Source: an uncultured Methanolobus sp. (GTDB lineage Archaea; Halobacteriota; Methanosarcinia; Methanosarcinales; Methanosarcinaceae). Taken from it: a DNA stretch of 64,000 bases. Below the pieces are notes generated by a model that saw nothing but the letters and a program-made list of their open reading frames with translations, was not told the origin of the DNA and searched no databases. This document shows positions 40,529-51,399 of the stretch, one piece after another (the first letter of the stretch is position 1; each line of letters begins with the position of its first letter). Position numbers and translations under genes: made by a program. The DNA lies in NCBI GenBank assembly GCA_963675495.1, contig OY776215.1:2560001-2624000 (forward strand), given 5' to 3'.

Positions 40529-41944
40529 ATGCGCGAAGAATGCGGTGTCGTAGGGATTGTACAGTTCAAGCCGGAATCAAATCCAGTCCCTTCCGCACTT
40601 CGTATATATTATGCGTTGTATGCTCTTCAGCATCGTGGTCAGGAATCTGCGGGTATCGCTGTTCATAATGGTAAATATCCTGAGACGCTAAAAGGCATGG
40701 GCCTTGTACCTGAGATATTTAACAAAGATGATCTTGTTATTCTCAAAGGTGATGTGGGTATAGGTCATGTGCGTTATTCTACTTCTGGTGACTCTCGTAT
40801 AGAAAATTGTCAGCCATTTATCGTTAATTATAAAAGTGGAAGTGTTGCACTTGCACACAATGGTAATCTGGTCAATGGCTCGGATCTGCGTTCGCAGCTT
40901 GAGGGCGAAGGTCACGTTTTTGTTGCAAATTCTGATACTGAAGTGATCGCTCATCTTTTGGTGAAAGAACTTCTTAAACACGACCCCGTTGAGGCTATGG
41001 GTAATGTGATGAAGCAGCTCAATGGTTCTTATTCTCTTTCTATCATGATCGATGACCTTCTCATGGCTGTAAGGGATCCCCTTGGGATCAAACCATTGTG
41101 TTTCGGTACTATTGATTCTGGTTATGTCGTTGCTTCAGAGAGTGTGGCAATTGACACACTTAATGGTGAACTTGTAAGGGATGTTAAACCTGGTGAACTT
41201 ATCATCTTCCGGGATGGTGAGGTCGAGTCCTATCAACTCTCTGATGGGAAATACTGCGCTCATTGTGTCTTTGAATATGTTTATTTTGCACGTCCTGATT
41301 CTATAATCGATGGGCAACTTGTTTACAGGGTCCGTGAAAGGATTGGAGAACAACTGGCTCGTGAACATCCTGTTGATGCTGATATGGTATCTCCGGTGCC
41401 CGATTCCGGAATTACGTCCGCAATTGGGTTTTCCCGGGAGTCAGAGATCGATTATGAAGAAAGTCTCATGAAGAATCGTTATATTGGACGTACTTTCATT
41501 CTTCCTGGACAGGCTATGCGTGAAACGGCTGTGCGTCTTAAGATGAATACTATCGATGAGAATATCAAGGGTAAAAAAGTGATTCTTGTTGATGATAGTA
41601 TTGTAAGGGGAACTACTTCCCGTCGAATCATCGACATGGTCCGCAATGCGGGTGCTAAGGAAGTGCATGCTCGTATAGGAAGTCCTCCTATAGTGGCACC
41701 ATGCTATCTGGGTATTGATATGGCTTCAAGGGATGAGCTTATAGCAGCCCATAAAACCATACCTGGAGTTGAGGCCGTGATCAATGCAGATTCATTAGGC
41801 TACCTGAGTGTGGATGGTCTGGTAGAAGCAATTGGAATTGATCGGGACGATTTGTGTCTTGGCTGTCTTACGTCTGCTTATCCTGTGGAGATTCCTGGTG
41901 AAAATATATGCCAGCGCAGACAGTTAAAACTACACGAGTTTTGA
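40529..41944 (+). CDS. purF: Amidophosphoribosyltransferase
   Basis: EECG, LQHRGQES, GHVRY, HNGN, VDDSIVRGTT. Confidence 0.97.
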   Translation: MREECGVVGIVQFKPESNPVPSALRIYYALYALQHRGQESAGIAVHNGKYPETLKGMGLVPEIFNKDDLVILKGDVGIGHVRYSTSGDSRIENCQPFIVNYKSGSVALAHNGNLVNGSDLRSQLEGEGHVFVANSDTEVIAHLLVKELLKHDPVEAMGNVMKQLNGSYSLSIMIDDLLMAVRDPLGIKPLCFGTIDSGYVVASESVAIDTLNGELVRDVKPGELIIFRDGEVESYQLSDGKYCAHCVFEYVYFARPDSIIDGQLVYRVRERIGEQLAREHPVDADMVSPVPDSGITSAIGFSRESEIDYEESLMKNRYIGRTFILPGQAMRETAVRLKMNTIDENIKGKKVILVDDSIVRGTTSRRIIDMVRNAGAKEVHARIGSPPIVAPCYLGIDMASRDELIAAHKTIPGVEAVINADSLGYLSVDGLVEAIGIDRDDLCLGCLTSAYPVEIPGENICQRRQLKLHEF

Positions 41945-42025
41945 ATTTTTTAGATTAAGTGTCAACAATGAACACTCGTGTATAAATTATAAAAAGTTAT
42001 ATATCAGTAGTGCGTACAAAAGTTT

Positions 42026-42186
42026 GCTATCTGGCATATCAGATGTTCATGCAAGGATGTACCACCCCTTGCTGATTGTGGGAATGGGTTAACTTTTATA
42101 GCTGTAATTCTGCAATGCAGGAAGACAGCTTTGCTGTGTGATGACAGGTAATCGTAGATATTTGTTTGTGCTTTTTCTTGATTTTA
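42026..42186 (+). ncRNA. Weak candidate small RNA with GTACCACC loop
   Basis: BRE/TATA AAAAAG-TTATATAT 41991-42004 with no downstream CDS; hairpins 42029-42044, 42051-42072, 42125-42137; T-rich end. Confidence 0.35.
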
Positions 42187-42495
42187 GAGTATTCCTTCTT
42201 TGAAAAAGCAATATGACCTTTTGAAAGTAACACGGTACTATTGGATAAGTTGCTGAAAACGGTGTATCAATAAACACTCATCTAAGTGGCATGATTTTCA
42301 AAACGGGGATACTTTTGCATGGTATATGCGCAATCGTTACAGACCAGGAAAATCCATAATTTCCAATTGCAACACTCCCGAAAATGACATTACATGTTCT
42401 GGCGTAGGGATAAAATTAGAACTATTAACTGGATAATTATGATTTCTACAAAAAATCAAATTTTTAATGAAAATAATGATTTTAAAAAGTTGATA

Positions 42496-42570
42496 TGGGG
42501 CCGGGATCGAGAATCGAACTCGAATCGTAGCCTCCACAGGGCTACAGGATAACCGCTACCCTACCCCGGC
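42496..42570 (-). tRNA. tRNA-His (GTG)
   Basis: GCCGGGG acceptor stem, anticodon arm TAGCC-CTGTGGA-GGCTA, GTTCGATT T loop, C discriminator and encoded CCA. Confidence 0.97.
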
Positions 42571-42673
42571 TCGAAGTAGGTGCTTTCCTTGAAAGCACCC
42601 TATAGATGTCCGTTTCTTAGATAAATCTTTTCCTTTGAAATCTCTTTGAACAGCACCTTCGCAGTGTTTTACT

Positions 42674-43465
42674 TTATATGCTGCCCTGGTCTTTCAGTTT
42701 TTTAATTGCAATTTCAGCAGCTTTTTTCCCAGACAACATCATTCCGCCAAATACAGGTCCCATTCTGGGTGCACCAGCAACAGCATTAGCTGCCATTCCT
42801 GTGACTATGAGGCCAGGATACACTTCTTTAGTAGTTTCCATCAGCATACGCTCTCCTACATCTGCCCACATGGGTTTTTCCCCGACAACACCAAGTTCAC
42901 CAAATTCTGCGCCTGGTACTTTTCGCTGCACAGTGCTGCAAATACCTGCATCATGTCCGGTTCCGTCAATTACAACCTTTGCGCGTACTGCAAGTGGATC
43001 TACGTGAAGGCGTGCCATGGAAACCGGTCCCCAGTTGATCACAAGTCCACAAACAGTATCCTTCTCACGTATCATCACATCTTCTACATCAATTAGATTG
43101 AATATCTCTACGCCTGCACCGGTTGCGCCACATATCAATTTTGCAACGGATTCTACAGAACTTGCTACATAGTACCCTTTTTCATACTCATGGTAATCAA
43201 TGTCAAAATCATCAAGGATATGTTTTGCATCTTCCTGGACTACTATGCGAGGGAACATCATTCCCCCTCCCCACATTCCTCCTCCGATAGAGAGTTTCTT
43301 CTCAAAAAGAACAGTTTTAAGTCCTGCCTCACCAAGGTACTTAGCAGCAACCAGGTTTGCAGGCCCTCCGCCTACAAGTGCTACATCCACATCAGTATAA
43401 TCAAGAAAAACCTTTGAAAATTCATCAACTATAGCTCTTGTAATAACGATCTCATCTAGTTCCAT
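42674..43465 (-). CDS. thi4: Sulfide-dependent thiazole synthase
   Basis: GGGPA, GGGMWGGG, HVDP (His, non-suicide type), RMGPVFGGM. Confidence 0.95.
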   Translation of the reverse strand: MELDEIVITRAIVDEFSKVFLDYTDVDVALVGGGPANLVAAKYLGEAGLKTVLFEKKLSIGGGMWGGGMMFPRIVVQEDAKHILDDFDIDYHEYEKGYYVASSVESVAKLICGATGAGVEIFNLIDVEDVMIREKDTVCGLVINWGPVSMARLHVDPLAVRAKVVIDGTGHDAGICSTVQRKVPGAEFGELGVVGEKPMWADVGERMLMETTKEVYPGLIVTGMAANAVAGAPRMGPVFGGMMLSGKKAAEIAIKKLKDQGSI

Positions 43466-43579
43466 TTTATTTCCTCATCAGAATTAATGTCAAATGTTTC
43501 TGATAAGGGCTATTATCCTTAAAGTTAATGGGAGGGTGGCAACGTGGAGTGTTTCTATTGATTTAATCAAAAGATAATT

Positions 43580-45787
43580 TTAACATTTGTTAAACTTCGC
43601 CCAGAACACACTGCCTTGTCCTTCCGGATTATCTTCAATACCAACTGTCCCGTCCAGAAGTCCCGCGATTTTCTTGACAATGGCAAGGCCCAGACCACTG
43701 CCTTTTACTCCTGTCTTATTGACTCTTTTGAAACGGTCAAATACGAGTGGTTTTGCTGTGTCTGCTATGCCTTCTCCAAAATCAGTTACAGTTACTTTCC
43801 ATTCATAATTGGAGTCGATCACATCAACGATTATTCTTGTATTTTCGGGGCTGTACTTTATGGCATTTGATATGAAATTCGTAAAGATCTCTTCAACAAT
43901 TGGATTAAGCATTGCAGGGCAGCTGTCTTTTACTTTTAGGTCAACGGTCATCTTCTTTTCCATCAGATGCTGGTCGAATTGTTCTATTACACTTTCCAGA
44001 ATCGTTTTAATGTCCATTCTCATAAGATCAAGTTCATCCAATGCTTCTAATTTGGCAAATTGAGCAGCTGTTTCTATCATGTCTATTAGCTTATCAGTGC
44101 TCTTTTGCATGGTCATGATGAATTTAGCTTTTGTGGGTTCCTCTTCCATTTCGGAAAGTAATTCTAAGTATCCTTTGATGTTTCCTGCTGGATTGAGGAG
44201 GTCATGGCGCATTATGTCAGTGAACAGATCTTTTAGCTCATTTGAACTGAGAAGTTCTTCTTCAACTCTTTTTCTCTCATCAAGATCCATTGTTGTTCCT
44301 GTGAATCTGAATGGTTCATTATTTTTGTCCCATTCTGTCAACTTGCCTCTTGCAAGTGTCCACTGCCATTTTCCTCTGCTGTTTTTCACTCTGAATTCTG
44401 ATTCAAAGAAAGATGTTTTTCCTTCCAGGTGCATATTGATATTATCATTTATTGCTTTGAGGTCATCCGGGTGAGTTAGTTTTTTCCAGGCTTCGATGTT
44501 TCCCTCGATATCTGTTAATTCGTACCCGATCATTTCAGCCCATCTTTCATCATACATTACCTCATTAGTCTTGAGGTTCCAGTCCCATGTACCAAGGTTT
44601 GCACCTTCAAGTGCAAGTTCCATTACTTCTTTTGTCTTTGCGAGTACACTTTCCATATCTCTGCGAATTGTGGTATCACGTACTACCACAAGGGCATAAT
44701 CATACTGGTTCAAAGTGGAAAATGTAACATTTATTTCGACACATAAAGTGCTTCCATCTTTTCTTGTCAGTATTTTACTTGGTGCAAGGTAGCTGTTACC
44801 AAACATGTTTCGAAGATCATTTTCCCATAAATTATCATTAAATAATTCATAGATGCCGTGCTCTTCCATTCCGATGACTTCTTCTCTGCTATATCCAAGA
44901 TTCTGGCATGCTGTTTCATTTACATCTACAATGCTGATATTTTCCATGTCAATAATGAAAATAAAGTCATTAGATTTGTTTATAAGATTCTTGAAAAGAG
45001 CTATGTCTTTAAGGAAGGACCTATGGCTTAATGCCATGCTTACAAGTTCTGATACCACTTTCAGTGTCGAAGAATATTCCTGGAAACAGGTATCAATTAC
45101 GGTGTTATTTTCTAAACTGATAAAACCAATAGCTTCACCATCTGATTCCACAGGTATTGCAATTAGGGAGTGTACTCCACTTGATATTATAATATTCCTT
45201 TCACGATTTGCAATATCTAAAAGTTTAACGTCTTTGGATATAAATATCATTTGTTTTTTCTTCAGCTTTTCCTCGAGCCATGGGAAATTCGAAAAAGTCA
45301 TGCTTTCAAAAATACTTTTCTGATCCTGATATTTTTTCCATTGATAGGGTATGTATGGGTTACTATTATTTTTGAATAGTATCAGGGAACTTTTTTCCGA
45401 GTTGCAAAGTGTGGCGGCTTTTTCTAATGTTTCATTTATGGTCCCATCGACATCCTTTGGTGCAATGAACATTGATATGAGTGAAGATATGATTGTCTCT
45501 ATCTTTGTGTTGCGTTTCACAAGGTATTCAAGTTCTTCCCTTTTATCATCCAGCTCAGTTATCTTTGTTTCAAGTTCCTTGTTCTTTTTTTCGATATGGG
45601 TACTTGCATAGATTATGGTGATGAATGTGAATACTATCAAAGCTGAGCTGATCGTTATAAAATTTGTATTTTTAGTGATTATGAAAGGTGCCAGTAGCAC
45701 AAATCCCAATATACAGACAATTAAAAGAAACACTGTATTGGCGATTCTTGGTATTTTCATATTTTTTATTTTATGCTCAGTTTTCAT
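43580..45787 (-). CDS. Membrane GAF/PAS sensor histidine kinase
   Basis: Two N-terminal TMs, GAF-like region, 2 PAS, RHDLLNP H-box, NAIKY, D.GEG, GSGLGL. Confidence 0.92.
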   Translation of the reverse strand: MKTEHKIKNMKIPRIANTVFLLIVCILGFVLLAPFIITKNTNFITISSALIVFTFITIIYASTHIEKKNKELETKITELDDKREELEYLVKRNTKIETIISSLISMFIAPKDVDGTINETLEKAATLCNSEKSSLILFKNNSNPYIPYQWKKYQDQKSIFESMTFSNFPWLEEKLKKKQMIFISKDVKLLDIANRERNIIISSGVHSLIAIPVESDGEAIGFISLENNTVIDTCFQEYSSTLKVVSELVSMALSHRSFLKDIALFKNLINKSNDFIFIIDMENISIVDVNETACQNLGYSREEVIGMEEHGIYELFNDNLWENDLRNMFGNSYLAPSKILTRKDGSTLCVEINVTFSTLNQYDYALVVVRDTTIRRDMESVLAKTKEVMELALEGANLGTWDWNLKTNEVMYDERWAEMIGYELTDIEGNIEAWKKLTHPDDLKAINDNINMHLEGKTSFFESEFRVKNSRGKWQWTLARGKLTEWDKNNEPFRFTGTTMDLDERKRVEEELLSSNELKDLFTDIMRHDLLNPAGNIKGYLELLSEMEEEPTKAKFIMTMQKSTDKLIDMIETAAQFAKLEALDELDLMRMDIKTILESVIEQFDQHLMEKKMTVDLKVKDSCPAMLNPIVEEIFTNFISNAIKYSPENTRIIVDVIDSNYEWKVTVTDFGEGIADTAKPLVFDRFKRVNKTGVKGSGLGLAIVKKIAGLLDGTVGIEDNPEGQGSVFWAKFNKC

Positions 45788-45928
45788 CTTGTGATATATA
45801 TTGTTTTAATTAGTATATTTATTATTCGTTTGTATGTTTTCAGGGTAAATATGTTCCCGACTCCGAAACCTTTAAGGGTTACCTTTAATAGTTTCCATAA
45901 TTCATTTATGTATTAGAAGAAAAAAGAG

Positions 45929-47056
45929 ATGATATTCATAGTACGTACAGCCCAAAAAACCAGCTCGAAATCTAGCAGAGAAGCAACGACAGAACCCGCA
46001 GAATGTACTGCAGAATTCCTCGTAATGGAGCCGGCAGGTTATCCAATGGCCAGTGTCCTTGATGAGTATCCTGAGATATCTGACCCCGGGGTTTTTGAAC
46101 ATTATGCAAGGGAGCAATGGAAGGGTTACAGGGCTCATAAGGGTGATTATCTTTTTGACCGGCGCATGTATCCTGATTTTGCATATAAGGTTGCCGATGT
46201 TGAGCCACCAGGTTCCGTGATTGGACAGAATACCCATATAATAGTCAGGGATGCCGCTGTTGGTAGTATTCCTACAATTGATTTTAGAAGTGATGTGACT
46301 TTTGATGATGTCATTGGGCAGCAAAATGCACGAAAAAAATGTAAGTTAATAGAGCGTTTTCTTGAAGCACCTGATAAATTTGGTAAGTGGGCTCCCAGAA
46401 ATGTCCTGTTTTTTGGCCCATCAGGCACTGGCAAGACAATGCTTGCAAAAGCATTGGCAAACAAAGCTCATGTGCCTATTATTCCTGTGAAAGCTACAGA
46501 ACTCATTGGTGAGTTTGTAGGTGAGGGTGCCAGACAGATACATCAGTTATATGAGCGGGCACAGGAGATGGCGCCATGTATTCTTTTTATTGATGAGCTG
46601 GATGCCATTGCTCTTGACCGGAGGCATCAGGAACTGCGTGGGGATGTTGCAGAAATAGTAAATGCACTTCTCACGGAAATGGATGGTATTGTGGAACGTC
46701 CCGGGGTATGTACGATTGGGGCCACAAATCGTACTGATACGATAGATCCTGCTGTAAGAAGCAGGTTCGAAGAAGAGATCGAGTTCACACTGCCGGATGA
46801 AAAAGAACGCCTTACTATTCTTGAGCTAAATATACAGACTTTCCCGATTCCCGCAAAAGATGTGGATCTTAAGGTAGTTGCAAAGATGACAGAAGGACTC
46901 TCCGGAAGGGATCTTGTAGGCAAGGTGCTTAAAACTGCACTTCATAATGTTATCATAGAGGACAGGGATAGTGTAACCCAGGACGATCTGCTTGCTTCCG
47001 TCAAGAAACTGAAGAATATTCCAATGCCTTCAAATTCTGATAGGATGTACATTTAA
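45929..47056 (+). CDS. AAA+ ATPase (COG1223 type)
   Basis: FGKWAPRNVLFFGPSGTGKT, FIDELD, ATNR, RSRF. Confidence 0.92.
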   Translation: MIFIVRTAQKTSSKSSREATTEPAECTAEFLVMEPAGYPMASVLDEYPEISDPGVFEHYAREQWKGYRAHKGDYLFDRRMYPDFAYKVADVEPPGSVIGQNTHIIVRDAAVGSIPTIDFRSDVTFDDVIGQQNARKKCKLIERFLEAPDKFGKWAPRNVLFFGPSGTGKTMLAKALANKAHVPIIPVKATELIGEFVGEGARQIHQLYERAQEMAPCILFIDELDAIALDRRHQELRGDVAEIVNALLTEMDGIVERPGVCTIGATNRTDTIDPAVRSRFEEEIEFTLPDEKERLTILELNIQTFPIPAKDVDLKVVAKMTEGLSGRDLVGKVLKTALHNVIIEDRDSVTQDDLLASVKKLKNIPMPSNSDRMYI

Positions 47057-47094
47057 GGATATCTTTTTAAACCTGGCAAATATATCGGTGGAAT

Positions 47095-47361
47095 ATGTCT
47101 GAGGTAAATGAGTCTGACAGATTTGAGTGCGTTGTCGTTAATGTGATTGACACACTTATGTGGAAAGGAGTGGTTGTCCAGGAGGTCGAATCTGGTGGGC
47201 GTGTCTATTTCGGAAAGGTCAAGGCAGAAGGTTTCGCCTATGGTCCTGGGGACATTCTCTACATTGGTGTAAAACCACTTCCATATGAGCTTGAAGAAAT
47301 GAAAATGGAAGTTTCCCTCTACGATGCCGATAATCAAAGGCTTGACTGGACTTTCCTTTAA
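47095..47361 (+). CDS. Hypothetical protein (88 aa)
   Basis: GGTGG SD, protein-like acidic beta-rich composition, co-oriented with the AAA gene. Confidence 0.75.
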   Translation: MSEVNESDRFECVVVNVIDTLMWKGVVVQEVESGGRVYFGKVKAEGFAYGPGDILYIGVKPLPYELEEMKMEVSLYDADNQRLDWTFL

Positions 47362-47371
47362 TCTTTATTTC

Positions 47372-48307
47372 TTATTTCGCTTTTTTCCTTTTTTTGTCCA
47401 TATACGGTATGTCAATTTCCATTAGGTCCTCGGCGACTATCACATTGCCGTATATTGTTTTAGCTTCTTCATGCAGCAGTGTGGTATCGTCTGAGTATCT
47501 GGAACTGATGTGCGTAAGTACGAGTTTCAGGACATTTGCTTCTTTTGCAAGGGTAGCAGCTTCTTCTGCAGTAGAGTGCATGGATTCAATGGCCCAGTCT
47601 TGCTGCTCTTTTGTAAGTGTGGATTCATGTATCAAAAGATCTGCATCCCGGCTTGCTTCCAGTATGGCTTTGCAGGGTCGTGTATCACCGCTGTATATAA
47701 TTTTCCTTCCTGGGCGGCTTTCCCCAACTACATCTTTAGAGTGTATCATTTTTCCATCGACTTCTACAGATTCTCCTTTGTGGAGTCTTGAAAAGAGCGG
47801 ACCTGGTGGGACACCGAGATTGATCGCTTTCTGGCGATTGAACTTTCCTGTCCGCTCGTTCTCTATGAGTGCATAACCAATGCTTGGTATGCTGTGTTCC
47901 GTTTTTATGGCCATAATGGAGTAATCATCTCTTTTGATCACATCGCCTGGTTCAAGGTCTATGGCATCTATTTCAAAGCGTAACTTATAGTATCCAAGGG
48001 CGCTGAGTATCCTGGCAAATTCATGTATCCCGTGAGGTCCGTATATTTTCAAAGGTTCGGTTCTTCCGTGGAATGACATTGTCTGTATGAGCCCGGGAAT
48101 TCCAAGTATGTGGTCTGCATGGAAATGTGTTATGAATATGGAGGACAATGCTTTCATTCCTGTCTTTGCACGCATCATCTGTTGTTGGGTTCCCTCTCCA
48201 CAATCAAAAAGCATCAGCTCACCTTCACGGTTTATCATGATAGCCGATGGATTGCGTTCAGGTGTTGGCAGGGATCCTCCAGTTCCAAGAAATGTTACGC
48301 GAAGCAT
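47372..48307 (-). CDS. rnz: Ribonuclease Z
   Basis: FLGT, DCGEG, THFHADH, GVPPGP exosite, SGDT, HEST. Confidence 0.96.
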   Translation of the reverse strand: MLRVTFLGTGGSLPTPERNPSAIMINREGELMLFDCGEGTQQQMMRAKTGMKALSSIFITHFHADHILGIPGLIQTMSFHGRTEPLKIYGPHGIHEFARILSALGYYKLRFEIDAIDLEPGDVIKRDDYSIMAIKTEHSIPSIGYALIENERTGKFNRQKAINLGVPPGPLFSRLHKGESVEVDGKMIHSKDVVGESRPGRKIIYSGDTRPCKAILEASRDADLLIHESTLTKEQQDWAIESMHSTAEEAATLAKEANVLKLVLTHISSRYSDDTTLLHEEAKTIYGNVIVAEDLMEIDIPYMDKKRKKAK

Positions 48308-48541
48308 AGCTCTCTATAAGGGTTTGGGTTATTTATGAATTGTCTATCCGATTTAATCATTGATGTGGCAAATTATATTTGTGTTGCTTTCCATTTTGTA
48401 CTGGAATTCCATATGAAATCACTCGTTAAGTTCATATAGCATCTTATTATTAATGGAACGTCCATAAATCATACCAGATTTAAACAGAATTACTAATATT
48501 AATTTACTCACAATTACATAATAATCATAAGAGGATATATC

Positions 48542-48916
48542 ATGAAATGGCAAGGTAGATCTAGAAGGAAGTACACAGGTGCTAAGGTCAAGACCGCTCG
48601 CGGTAAGAGGAAATTCGAGCTTGGTCGTGAATCAGCTGATACACATGTTCACGAGACAAAGAGGAAGAACGTTGCAACCAGAGGCGGAAACAGGAAAGTA
48701 AGACTTCTCCAGTGCAATGTTGCAAACGTGACCGATTCACAGGGTAAGACTCAGACAGCAAGCATTGAGAATGTAACCGGAAATGCTGCAAATGGGCACT
48801 ACATTAGGCGTAACATCCTTACTAAGGGTTCTGTAATCACAACATCTCTTGGTAGTGCAAAGATTACAAGCCGTCCGGGTCAGGATGGTGTAGTGAACGC
48901 AGTATTGCTCGAATGA
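48542..48916 (+). CDS. rps8e: 30S ribosomal protein S8e
   Basis: [29 protein letters not shown]. Confidence 0.97.
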   Translation: MKWQGRSRRKYTGAKVKTARGKRKFELGRESADTHVHETKRKNVATRGGNRKVRLLQCNVANVTDSQGKTQTASIENVTGNAANGHYIRRNILTKGSVITTSLGSAKITSRPGQDGVVNAVLLE

Positions 48917-48974
48917 TCGAGCATCTTTTTTTTATTTTTTAATTTGATCGTCTGGTATTATGGGGTTGCTATAT

Positions 48975-49466
48975 ATGGATGATAAAACTCGTCATATTCT
49001 GGAATGCCTTGAAGAGGATGCACGGACAAGTCACGAAAAAATTGCGACTATGACAGGACTTGCTGCTGATGAGGTCAGCAAAAAGATAACTGAGCTTGAA
49101 GACGCTGGTGTCATCCGTAAGTACAAAACTGTCATTGATTGGGATATGGCAGGTGATGAATATGTCTATGCGATCATCGAGTTGCAAGTGACCCTTGAGA
49201 GAAAACTTGGATACCAGGACCTTGTTGAACGCCTGTATAAGTTCCCTGAAGTGCGCTCTGTAAGACTTCTCTCAGGGCAGTATGATATCTCACTTACTGT
49301 ATCCGGAAAGTCAATGAAAGAAGTGGCTTTCTTTGTAGCTGAGAAGATCTCCACTCTTGAACAGGTTCAGCATACAACAACTCATTTTGTCTTGAAGACC
49401 TACAAAGAGGATGGTGTTATCCTTTATGAACAGGATCACGTTACGCGTTTACTGGTGACTCCCTGA
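48975..49466 (+). CDS. Lrp/AsnC transcriptional regulator
   Basis: HTH (LEEDAR...LEDAGVI), SGQYD, THFVLK.YK. Confidence 0.92.
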   Translation: MDDKTRHILECLEEDARTSHEKIATMTGLAADEVSKKITELEDAGVIRKYKTVIDWDMAGDEYVYAIIELQVTLERKLGYQDLVERLYKFPEVRSVRLLSGQYDISLTVSGKSMKEVAFFVAEKISTLEQVQHTTTHFVLKTYKEDGVILYEQDHVTRLLVTP

Positions 49467-49499
49467 TTTTGGAATCCTATTGTGCAGGATGTATAATAT

Positions 49500-50675
49500 A
49501 TGAGAAAAACATGCAATCCTTCAGAATTTGTGGCTGACGTCATGGGCAAGGTCCCCCCGTCGGGCATACGCCGCTATTTTGATCTTGCATCCGAGATAGA
49601 TGATGTGGTCTCTCTTGGTGTAGGTGAACCCGATTATGTTACTCCATGGCATATAAGGGAAGCGTGTATCCATTCTTTAGAATGCGGTGAAACCTCATAT
49701 ACTTCAAATTATGGTCTCATTGAACTAAGAGAAGAGCTTTCAGAACATTTTTCCACAAAGTACGGCGTTGATTATGATCCTACTTCTGAAATTCTGGTAA
49801 CTTCAGGTGTTAGTGAAGCTCTTGATGTTGCAATCCGTGCCATCACTAACCCAGGTGATGAGATTATTGTTGTCCAGCCTTCATATGTGGCCTATGTGCC
49901 TTCTGTGATGTTCGCAGGCGGTGTGCCTGTAATTGTTTCAACGAAGCTGGAGAACAATTTCAAACTGACTGCCGAGGAGCTTGAATCTGCTATCACAAAC
50001 AAGACCAAGGCCGTTATTATCAATTATCCTAATAATCCAACCGGCGCTACTATGGGTAGGAAAGACCTTGAGGCCATCGCGGATGTTGTCTGCGAACATG
50101 ACATAATGGTCATATCCGATGAGGTCTATGACTGCCTGACATACAACGGTGGACACACTTGTTTTTCTTCCCTTGAAGGTATGCGTGACAGGACCATTTT
50201 GTTGAATGGTTTTTCCAAAGCATACGCAATGACTGGCTTCAGGATGGCATATGCAATGAGCTCTCCTGAGATCATCAGTGCCATGATGTTGATACACCAG
50301 TATTCAATTCTCTGTGCTCCCATCACTGCGCAGATAGGAGCCATCGAAGCCCTCAGGAACGGCACAGATGAAATGAACCGCATGGTTCGTGATTATGACC
50401 GTCGCCGTCACCTCATCGTAAGCGGTCTGAAAAAGATCGGACTTGACTGCTTTGAGCCAAAAGGCGCATTCTACGCTTTCCCTTCTGTCAAGAACACAGG
50501 CTTAACTTCTGACCAGTTTGCAGAACGTCTCCTGAATGAACAGAAGGTCGTCACAATCCCTGGCGATGTATTCGGTGAAGCTGGCACAGGTTTCCTCAGA
50601 TGTTCCTATGCAACTTCCAGAGAGGAGATCGAGAAAGCTCTGGAGAGGATCGGGGCTTTTGTTGACGGGTTGTGA
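49500..50675 (+). CDS. Class I/II PLP-dependent aminotransferase
   Basis: GEPD, NYPNNPTG, SDEVY, FSKAYAMTGFR, GAFY. Confidence 0.95.
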   Translation: MRKTCNPSEFVADVMGKVPPSGIRRYFDLASEIDDVVSLGVGEPDYVTPWHIREACIHSLECGETSYTSNYGLIELREELSEHFSTKYGVDYDPTSEILVTSGVSEALDVAIRAITNPGDEIIVVQPSYVAYVPSVMFAGGVPVIVSTKLENNFKLTAEELESAITNKTKAVIINYPNNPTGATMGRKDLEAIADVVCEHDIMVISDEVYDCLTYNGGHTCFSSLEGMRDRTILLNGFSKAYAMTGFRMAYAMSSPEIISAMMLIHQYSILCAPITAQIGAIEALRNGTDEMNRMVRDYDRRRHLIVSGLKKIGLDCFEPKGAFYAFPSVKNTGLTSDQFAERLLNEQKVVTIPGDVFGEAGTGFLRCSYATSREEIEKALERIGAFVDGL

Positions 50676-50748
50676 AAGGGCTTATTTTGATTCTTAATGG
50701 AGTCCACTGAATCCACTTCATCTCTAGTTATATTCTCAAAAATATACA

Positions 50749-51399
50749 TTATATGGGTTGGAAAATAATACTTTTCAGTTGCTCCATATCTTTATCAGAA
50801 AGTATTTCTTTATATAAATTATTCACAAGCCAAAGTCCACTTTCTCTTATTTTCTTTTTTGGGGAATAGTTGCCAAACCAATTTGTTGAGGAATTGCATT
50901 TACTACAAAGTGAAACAGTTGATATTAGTTTTGATTCCAAATTAAGCCTTTTTTCCTTTTCTGTGACTTCAAAAACAACAAATGAAAAATTATTTTGAAT
51001 ATATTTGCTAACTTTTTTCTCCACAGTAGCCTGCATGTTAAAATCAACAAGATGTGAATATTTTTCTTTTGCAGCTTTTGTTGTAAGATCAAGTTCCCAT
51101 TGCTTAAGGAAAGGATTATTCTCCATGTTCAAGAATGCTCTTCCAATATTCTTGCGAAAAATACTTCGATCTTTTTTCTCATTGATAAAGTGTTGTCTGA
51201 GCCTTGACCTTAACTGGTTTTCTCCTGTATGTGTGCCAACACGAACAATTCTATCATTTTCATGTCCATGTTCGCCTTTTTGAAACAGGATATAAATTCC
51301 ATTTTTCGGGATTTTACTTTCATCAAAAGGAAAATTCATTCTTTCAAGCTTATCAAACCACTGATGAAGTTTGTCACATTTCTCATTTATTGTTGACAT
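50749..51399 (-). CDS. Hypothetical protein, GIY-YIG-like nuclease
   Basis: NGIYILF...VRVG...LRSRLRQH...LESKLI pattern; AT-rich. Confidence 0.6.
   Translation of the reverse strand: MSTINEKCDKLHQWFDKLERMNFPFDESKIPKNGIYILFQKGEHGHENDRIVRVGTHTGENQLRSRLRQHFINEKKDRSIFRKNIGRAFLNMENNPFLKQWELDLTTKAAKEKYSHLVDFNMQATVEKKVSKYIQNNFSFVVFEVTEKEKRLNLESKLISTVSLCSKCNSSTNWFGNYSPKKKIRESGLWLVNNLYKEILSDKDMEQLKSIIFQPI

Noticed and set aside
42190-42495. Integrated element at the tRNA-His 3' end
   Set aside because: No integrase and no duplicated tRNA 3' end seen; ORF 42337-42537 overlaps the tRNA and is spurious
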